DNA from: Octopus sinensis
Taxonomy: Eukaryota
Length of the DNA: 64,000 bases
Direction: 5' to 3'
Assembly: GCF_006345805.1 (NCBI RefSeq)
Contig: NC_043000.1
Span: forward strand, 39,494,001 to 39,558,000
The translations under genes were made by a program, and so were the position numbers. Below, in pieces: positions 54,800 through 64,000 of this stretch. Numbering within the stretch: the first letter of the stretch is position 1; the number at the start of each line of letters is the position of its first letter. The notes under the pieces were generated by a model that worked only from the letters and a program-made list of their open reading frames with translations, did no database searches and was not told where the DNA came from.

Positions 54800-54910
54800 C
54801 TGACGAAGCTCCATGTACCAGATCGGATGTACTATAAAGATGACGAATATTATTTTCGGAATTCTTTCTGACTACCGACTGACATTGGTAGGTGAAACGG
54901 CCGTAAGCAA
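54800..54910 (+). ncRNA. Degenerate hammerhead ribozyme
   Basis: CTGACGA at 54800 ... GAAA cggccg TA at 54894-54905; stems I and II partly broken. Confidence 0.5.
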
Positions 54911-55383
54911 TGTTAAGGTCTTATATTAAAATTAATTAGACGATGTTGGTCCGTTTGTTTGTTTGTTGATCAAAGGTTTCTCCATTTTCTGCTTATTATA
55001 TATATATGTGTTTGTGTGTGTGTGTGTGTGTGTGTTGTGTGTGTGTGTGTTGGTGTAAATATACGTATGTATGTATGGATATATATGTGTGTGTGGATAT
55101 ACGTATGTATGTATGTGTGTATATATATATGTGTATGTGTGTGTAGACATACGTATATATGTAAGGATATATATATGTGTGTGTGTGTGTGTGTGTATGT
55201 GTGTGTGTGTGTTGGTGTAAATATACGTATGTATGTGTATATATGTGTGTGTGGATATACGTATGTATGTATGTGTGTATATATATATGTGTATGTGTGT
55301 GTAGACATACGTATATATGTAAGGATATATATATGTGTGTGTCTGTGTGGATGTATGTATGCGTGGATATACGTATGTATGTG

Positions 55384-55416
<33 letters not shown>

Positions 55417-55659
55417 ATGTGTGTGTGTGTGTGTGTATGTGTGTGTGTGTGTGTGTGTACGTTATGCTTCTATCAGTTTCCCTCTCCGAAATTTACTAAC
55501 AAGTGTGTGGTTGGCCCGATGTTACCACGCATCGGGACTGAACCCGCAACTATGTGGTTAGGACCCAACCTTGTCAATACAAGACTAGGAATTCACCTGT
55601 TTTCTGAAGAGTAGTATTGTGGGGTGTAAAAATGAGTGGGCATAGTATGAAAAATGCTT

Positions 55660-58600
55660 CGGCGCTCTGGGCATCAGAACAGGGATTGTGCAAGGCGATA
55701 ACCTATCTTCTTTGCTTTTTGTTCTCTACATCATCCCGCTGACCTCGGTTCTTAGGAAAATGAACCTAGGATATCAGCTAAAGGGGAAATCGCAATCAAT
55801 TAGCCACATCCACTACATGGATAATTTGAAACTGTATGGCAAAGTGGAAGCACAAGTGAGTTCTTTGGTGAAAACAGTTCACTGTTTCTGTTATGGTATT
55901 AGAATTGAAGTGTGTTATAATGTTCCTGAAAAGAGGGAAGGTACGGATCCTAAGAGGGATAGAATTACTTAATAGAGAACTGATTAAACTAATTGAAAGC
56001 TGATACTTTCCATCATACCCAGCAAAAGAAGCTGAGAGTGGAAATCACAGCCTGCAAAGAGCAAAGACGTGGCATTTGCAAATACCACAACGGGTCACCG
56101 AGAAGGAAAACTGCAGAATCTTGTGGGATAAAATGTTCCAGTGCGATAACCTGTCCAGACATCGTAAATCGGACATTCTTGTGGTGAGTAAAAAGCGAAG
56201 AAAAGCCTGCATGATAATCGACAGATGACATGCTCCGATGACAACAGGGTCAATGGGAAACAAGAGGAGAAAACTAAACAACTTTGACGAAAAAGCATGG
56301 TGCAAGTGTGAAGGTAGAACATCTAAAAACGTCAGCATTGTTTAGAACTGCTAGATTTCTTCGCAAGGTTCTTGAAAGATGGCCAGTAAATACGCGTCAC
56401 CTTAATCTGCTGGCTCCGGGCAGCTGACACTTTCCGTCATACCCAGCTATACCGGGCTTCCCATTCAAAAACAAATCTAATCTAATAACATCGATAGAAT
56501 TGGATAAAGGAACCCGTGGAAGACTTGCAGGAAGCGGTTTTTTAATGAAAAAATTTTTTCAAAAAACCCAAATTTTACTGCCATACAAAGCACAGTTTCT
56601 CCTACGCACGGTGTCTCAATGAAACATGTGCGAAACACACGTGCGATATCAACACCGGAAAGTTTACAAATTATAAAATAGAATGGAACAAAATAGTACT
56701 CCATAAATTGTGTAATTACGCATACACTGGAATGTCTACTCAATCATATATACATTTTGATACCCATAGGACTACACATATATCTCAATGTTTACACAAC
56801 TACGGGAAATTTACAGGACAAACATTCACGCATATGAAAACCTGTGTCACAAACGAGACAACAACAATTTTTTTTCAAACTAACACAGAGTGAACAAGTC
56901 ATAAGTTTAAAAACACCACAAAAAAAACTATGCTCGGATATAAATGTATCAACAAAAAGAATACAGACGAATACAGATCTATTAGCCTTAAGAAACTACG
57001 CTACTAGCAATGTTTGTATGCAGAGAGCTCAGTTTGTATGCAGAAAATTTCGACAAAGGAAATTGGAAAGAATTCGATATGAATTGTGAATTTCCCCAAG
57101 AGTAGGAGGAGAAAGATTAGGATCACCCAGGGAAGAATGTGACAGAGGGTTAATATCAGTAGAAGAATGTGTGGAATTTGCTAGATTAGATATAGACTCT
57201 TATTTAGAAACTAGTGGAAAATATTTCATTAGAAACTGTTAGTTTAATAGTAGGAGGTAGAGAAACCAAAATCCAAAGGAAATTAAAAACCAGAGAAAGA
57301 AGGAACTTGCAAGAGAAGGCATTGCATGACAGATTCCCAAAGAGGGTTGCAAGAAATAGTAGCAGTGAGATATGGTTATGATTGCAGATATGAAGGCTGA
57401 GACAGAAAGTTTGTTCGTAGCAGCACAAAATTAAGCATTGAGGACTAATTGAATAAAAGTACTGGGTCAATTCATTAAATTAGAAGATTTTGAAAGCGTT
57501 GCCAAAACCTGACCGCGGTCGAATGTATGAAACAAGTAAAAGGGGAAAATGAAACGAATATAATGTTGGGAGAATAATTAAAGAATACTAACTTACACAG
57601 GTGTATCATCAAAAACAGGGTTACTGCAAACTTTTCCATTATCTGAAAATTAAAGAATTGTCAGCAGTTCAGAAATGAAAATATCTCAGTTAAAACATGA
57701 CATACGATGGTTTCAAATTGTGGCACAAGGCATGTAGTTTGCATGGAGGGGCTAAGTCGTTTAGATCGATCCCATTTTCACCTAGTACCTATTTTTAAAC
57801 ACCGAACAAATGAGAGGCAGAGTCGCCCTCAGCAGAATGTGAACTCAGGACATAAAGACGGATGAAATGACGTTGAGTATTTTGACCGGCGTGGTAACGA
57901 TTCTGGTTTCAAATATTAGCACAAGGCCCGTAGTTTATGGGAGGACAAAAGACGGTTAGACCGACCCAAATGATTCAATGGTATTTATCTTATTCACTTC
58001 AAAATGCGTTAACATCTCGAGGTAAGGAGACACGTCAGAGGGGAGAGGAAGAGGCCTGACAGAATGACAATTTTCCCGTGCTCTGACAGAACCCTCATAT
58101 GGGATGCCACATGCTGTGACAGCTTCTTAGCATAATGCCGCTAAGTATTTTGCCCGGCGTTCTTACGATTCTGCCATATAAAATATCAATAATAATGCTA
58201 ATAATAAAAATGGTTCCGAATTTTGGTAAAAGGCAAGCAGTTACTAGTGAGGGTATAAGTTCATTATATCTATCCTAGTGTTCATGTGGTGCTTATTTTA
58301 TCGGCGTCGAAATGATGGAAGGCAAATTCAACGTCGGTAAAATTTGAACTCAGAAAGTGAAGACAGACGAATGTCGCTAACATTAGTGATAACATTCCTA
58401 CTCCCTCCTACGGACGACACAAAACCCCCAAAAACCACTGGGCTATCTCTTGTTTCATGACCATGTTCATAATACTTGCATCTCTCCTAAGAGAACGTAT
58501 CAATTTCTCTATGAAAACAACATTGTTCCTCTTGAACAAAAATGGTGCAAAAGAAACGCATTCGGCTGCAAAGACCAGCTATAAATAAACTGCATGATAC

Positions 58601-60000
58601 TCGAAAATTGCTCTTCCGAAAAACGAATTCGTAGCACAGTGTGGATTGACTATCATAAGGTTTCTGACAGCACTAGATATCTACAAGGCCTCTCCTTTCT
58701 GAAAAGGTTTTCTGCAGTACAGTGTGCGACTGAGAACACAAAATTATTTCTCAACCAAGAAAGAGGCTTGTATGTCTCAGAGAAAATCAAGTGATCATGG
58801 AATATTCCAGAGTGATTCACTCACACTTGTTCTCTTCTGTCTTTCACTCACTCCATTGTCCGACGAGCTGAATAGAACAATCTACGATGTAAAATGTTGG
58901 ACAAGATCATCTCACACTTATATGAAATTATACGCGAAAGATGACAGGGATCTGAAAGGGCCACGAGTACCTGTGAGAAAATTCAGTGATGACATCAATA
59001 TGGAATCTGGCATTGACAAGTGTGCAAAAGCGTCGATCAAACGTGGCAAACTGACTGCAAATACCGCCACACAAATTGATCGTGCTACAGCTATCAAGGA
59101 GCTGGAACAAGACGGCTCCTATAAGTATCTTGGGATACACGAAGAGAAAGGGGTTCAATGAAAGAGAACATCAGGAAAGAGTGTTATAGACGTATCAATA
59201 TGGTTCTGAATAGAGAACTGAATTCTCAGAATTGATTTGCGTTTACAAACTCCCTGACGGTATCAGTTGTCCATTAATGTCATCAAATGGAAGCTGAGTG
59301 AACTCGAGCGTATAGACATAAAGACTAGGAAACTGCTGATATCAAACAGGACGGACCACCCAAAATCCGACGTCCGACGGCTCTATCTCCCACGAAAAGA
59401 AATTGGCAGAGACCTAGTCCAACTTAAAATATCCTATAAGACGACCAAGATAGCAGTTGAAGTGTACATCCAAGGTAACACCGACTGGATGACACAGCTG
59501 GAAAATAAAAACAACACGAACTGATCAAGGAACTGCATTCAATCTCAAAGAAGGCGTATAAATGCAGACGAGAGCTGACCCTCCCTGATAATGATCTTGA
59601 GAAGGAGGTTACAGATCCCATAAAGACAAGAGCCAAATAGGAATGCTTGTATGAAATATCAAGACGGAAAGAAAAGCGAACGTCAAGCACAATGAAGTAG
59701 ACACAAAGTATAAACTCTACAGTGACATACTTGGCTCAGTCCTTGCCCCAACAGAATATAAAACCAGGGATGACCGAGTTGGCCAATACTTACACTGGAA
59801 CGAATGCCGTCACAATGGTGTCGCACACCCTAAGAGCTCAGAGAGAGAATGTCACCGTCTTATGGGATTATGGGATACATAAATACATGCACACAAATGC
59901 CAACAGACACACATCGCCATCACAAACCAAAGCCAAAAGACATGCCTGTTGATGGAGATGACAGTGTCTAGTGATATAAACATCACAGCAAAGTTTAGTT
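55660..60000 (+). mobile_element. Several decayed Dong/R4-type LINE fragments (about 55660-56420, 56980-57470, 58400-60000)
   Basis: QGDNLSSLLF...HYMDNLKLY; GIFQSDSLTLVLFCLSL, GIDKCA, YKYLG, RLYLPRKEIGR. Confidence 0.75.
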
Positions 60001-60706
60001 ACTAGGAATTCATGCAATATCTTAAATGTTAACATCCTGTATATATACCCTGTGTGTCTCTATGTCTATGTACACAAATTTGTGTGTGTGAGTGTATATA
60101 TATTGTCTTGGCTTAACAGACCTCATCGTTTTGTTTTTACTGTTTTGTTCTCATTGTTCTGTCTTTTACTGTTTTTACTTTTTTATTGTTTTTACTGTTT
60201 TGTTCTCGCTGTCCTGTTCTTGTTACCTCTTTCACCCTCCGCAAAAAATCCCAAACTTTATTTAATTTGCTTTGCGGGAAGGATGTTTCAACGAAGCCGC
60301 GTCTTGTCCTTACATTCGTAACGCGGAGTAGACGAAACAGGGACAACTGAAGAAGGGGAATATTCCTTGTGTTGTATGTCTTATTTCTCTGTTTTTTTCG
60401 TTGTTTGAAAAAAATTAGCTTCTATGCTTTTGTTTTTATGTTTTCGTTTCTCATTGTGTTCAACGTTTTTCTTTGGTGTCCTGTACCCATATATACATGT
60501 ATATATACATATATATCTGGGTATGTACATATATATATATGTATATATCTATATATCTATATATAATTTATATCATTGTATATTTATAAATATATATATG
60601 TATATATATATATATGTATATATATGCATATATCTATTTATATATATTTATATAAATATGCATATATACATGCATATATGTATATATATATACTTATATA
60701 TATATG

Positions 60707-60818
<112 letters not shown>

Positions 60819-61327
60819 ACATACTTATATATATATGCATATATCTATTTATATATATATATGTATATATAGTGTTATGTATATCTATATCAGTGCAAAT
60901 GAGAAAATATAATGAAGGGAGAGAACTTAGAATGCTTTCTGACTGAAGCTTCAAAATCTGGTTGAAGGGAGATAATTGTTTTGTGATGAGAGTTGAAATG
61001 ACGTTGCCGTGACAACTGTTCTCTTTTTAACGGATTGGCGTTTAACGGATAGAAAAGAGGAAGAGAAAAAGAAAGCTGAACAGGGATCGGACCGTTTACA
61101 CCATATCTTTGAACAATCAAGTACTGGACATTAAATTCTTTGGATATTTATCTATTTGCAAATGGATCGCTAAGTTATCAATTATATTTTTTAATTGACT
61201 TATATAAAATACGTTTTTGTTACAATTTCATTCTTGATTGTTAATCCACTGATTTTACAATTTGGTCGTTGCGTTCAGAAGTTCACTTTTTTTTATACCT
61301 AAAAATTTGCCTGATCGTGAGAATACT

Positions 61328-61407
<80 letters not shown>

Positions 61408-62034
61408 TGAGTTGTGGGGTATCGCACGAGTGGGATTATATAAGAAAAAAGGTTTGATATTTATATTATGTATGTATGTGTGCGTGTGTGTTGTGTGTGT
61501 GGTGTGTGTGTGTGGTGTGTGTGTGTGTTGTGTGTGTATGTGTGTTATATATGTGTGTATATTATATATAAACACATGTTATATTTGTGTGCTGTGTGTA
61601 TATATTATATATGTGGGTGCGTTGTGTATGTGTGTGTGTGTGTTCTGTGTGTGTGTGTGTGCTGTGTGTATGTGGTGTGTGTTTGTATACTATGTGTGTG
61701 TGTGTATGTGTGTTGTTGTGTGTGTGTGTGTGTTTATATATATGTGTGTGACAAACAGACGCTATCTGACCAGCAGGCAAGGACACATCTATTCACACCC
61801 ACATACTAACCTCCTGATAACCCCCAAACCATTGATGCTTGAAGGGGAAGTATACACCACACTGGGTACATATCTTTTTTTCTCTCAATTCAACCTTTCT
61901 GCTTAAACAAACAGGTCAGTAAAAACGTATTCTCGCCTTCAACTTAAAATATTCTGAGATGTATAAAAAATCCATTTTAATTTTTGCTGGCAAAAGACTG
62001 TATATATATATACCAAAGACTGTATATATATACA

Positions 62035-62320
62035 TGTAATGTGACAATTTGCGACAACCAATAATTAACGCAACCAAATTTCCAATAATATATTTGTTTT
62101 ATCCTTTTCTGCCAATTTTTCCAAATATTCTCATCACACTATTGAACTTCTCTGTTACCAAACACTATATTTATACATGTAATGTGACAATTATGTATAA
62201 AAAAACATTTTTGAATTCATAATATCCAATGTGACAATTATGTAAAAAACTTTTTTGAATGCATAATATTCAATGTGACAATTATGTAAAAAACTTTTTT
62301 GAACCCATATTATTCAATGT
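62035..62320 (+). repeat. Short degenerate tandem repeat (AATGTGACAATTATGTAAAAAACTTTTTTGAA)
   Basis: Recurs about 4-5 times. Confidence 0.75.
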
Positions 62321-62413
62321 TACTTTTAATGTTACTTTTGACAATCTTTTACCAAAGAGTGAAACCGGTTAAGTAAATAAACATCGTTTAAATTGCATTT
62401 TCAAACCTTTTTT

Positions 62414-62455
<42 letters not shown>

Positions 62456-62460
62456 TATAT

Positions 62461-64000
62461 GCTATGCTAAGAGCATGGACGATTGCTAGTGGCGATCCGC
62501 CGAACAACATCATCACTGCCGCGCTTAAGAACAATGGATTTCATAGAACCATTGACCAAATAGAACGAAAAAAAGGTGAATTTATCCCGTCTTACATGCT
62601 TATAAGACCACACATCAAAACATTGGATAACATAATTGAAAATTATTGAGGCAAGGCTGATGAGGATGAAGAGGACGAAAAAGAGAAGGAATCAGGAAGT
62701 CTCTGTGATCCAGGGGTTCCTCAGGAAAATGGATCTCCTACCCCGGTGAACGACCAGGTAGTGAAGGATAGGGGAGCCAAGGGAGAAGAAACCGGAAGCC
62801 CCCCTGTACCAGTGGTCCTACAAAGAAATGAGAAATTAGAAAAACAGAAGAAAAAAGGAAGGACCGAAAACAAAAATAAGGAGGGAAAGGGAAGAAAAGG
62901 CAAACAATCAAAGCTGAAACCCCAACCCACCACACAAACAGCAGAGAACCCCATGGAGGATCCGATGCCACCCAGTACACTTCAGGAAAGAAGAAATCTG
63001 GAAGGCACCGAAGAACCTGTAAATTCTACCTGCGGGGCAAATGTTGGCATGGGGAGGACGGCAAAAACTGCCGGTTCGCCCACCCGACACCCCGCCAGAA
63101 CTTCAGGGGACTCAAAGAGAAGAGCTTTACTGAGGGAAGACAAGAAATGTCTCTCAGGAAAACTTTCAGAAAAGAAGCGTGCTCCTCAGATGTTCTGCGC
63201 AACGCAGCAGCTGAGCAAGAGTCTTTTTTATGCATGGCGCAAAGAATTGTCCGGCAGCTAACCTGGCTACACCAAGCACAGAGAAGCAACCCTACCCACC
63301 ACTATGCAAGACCACCCCAGTCAACAGATACGGGATGGCCTCCCCTAATGCCTGCACAGCCGTCACCCCATTACTTTTACTAAATATTGGGGGCCTGTTG
63401 CATCAACATAGAAACAAAATTTCATTCCTGAGAGATCTTACTGCATGCACTCAAGCCCTATGCATAGAACTCAGAAATTCACCTCAGCCCTCATATAGAG
63501 GATGCAGAAGTACACATACCAAACTATGCCATACTGCAAACAGACAGAAGGGAAAGGAGCCATGGTGGAGTTGCTGTATACATCCGAGATGACCTCACAC
63601 TCCAGGTCCGAATGACACTCAAATTCGGTATGTGACACTTTAATTGTATACATAAGACAACATAATATAGTCATATGCAATACATATTGCCCACCGGATG
63701 CTCCACACCACATAGGCAAGTTTGAAGATTGCCTCACAAGAATTAAAGAAATCCTCATGAATCTGGAACACCAAGTGACCATATTTCTTGTGGGTGATTT
63801 CAACTTCTCCGTGGTCAAATGGCCCGAAGGTCTCATACTCTCAGGAATGAATCAATCCAAGCAAGTACAGGTGGAGTCCCCGCTCAACCTCACCAACGCC
63901 TTATTCGTGGAGCAAGTTGTACTCAAACCAACTAGGGCGAATAACATTCTGGATCTCTGCTGCTTCACGAACAATATGGACATCATTCATGATGTGAAAG
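62461..64000 (+). mobile_element. CR1-group LINE 5' part (ORF1 remnant + APE), running off the window
   Basis: LLLNIGGL...HGGVAVYIR...VGDFNFSVVKWP...PTRANNILDL; homologous to 34560-34810(-). Confidence 0.8.

Overview
AT-rich, microsatellite-dense animal genomic DNA, most consistent with an octopus/cephalopod (inferred from the SINE families, the RTE/Dong/Penelope content and the (TA)n, (TAA)n and (GATA)n tracts). A multi-exon host gene or pseudogene runs on the minus strand from about 43925 to about 3933. It encodes a signal-peptide-like segment, Ig-like modules and several transmembrane segments, with some exons disabled. Its introns and upstream region are full of mobile DNA: a near-intact full-length RTE LINE, Tc1/mariner transposons, Penelope-like (PLE) fragments, Dong/R4-type and CR1-group LINE fragments, a Gypsy remnant, a non-autonomous Helitron and many SINEs. 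The main hidden layer is catalytic RNA. There is a CPEB3/HDV-like ribozyme exactly at the RTE 5' end, a ~560-bp tandem array with a hammerhead ribozyme (HHR) in every unit (retrozyme-like), and several other HHR modules, many paired with fold-back inverted repeats inside (TA)n tracts. All RNA folds and exon calls were made by eye and need computational or experimental confirmation. The 2.4-kb duplication around the N gap is probably an assembly artefact.
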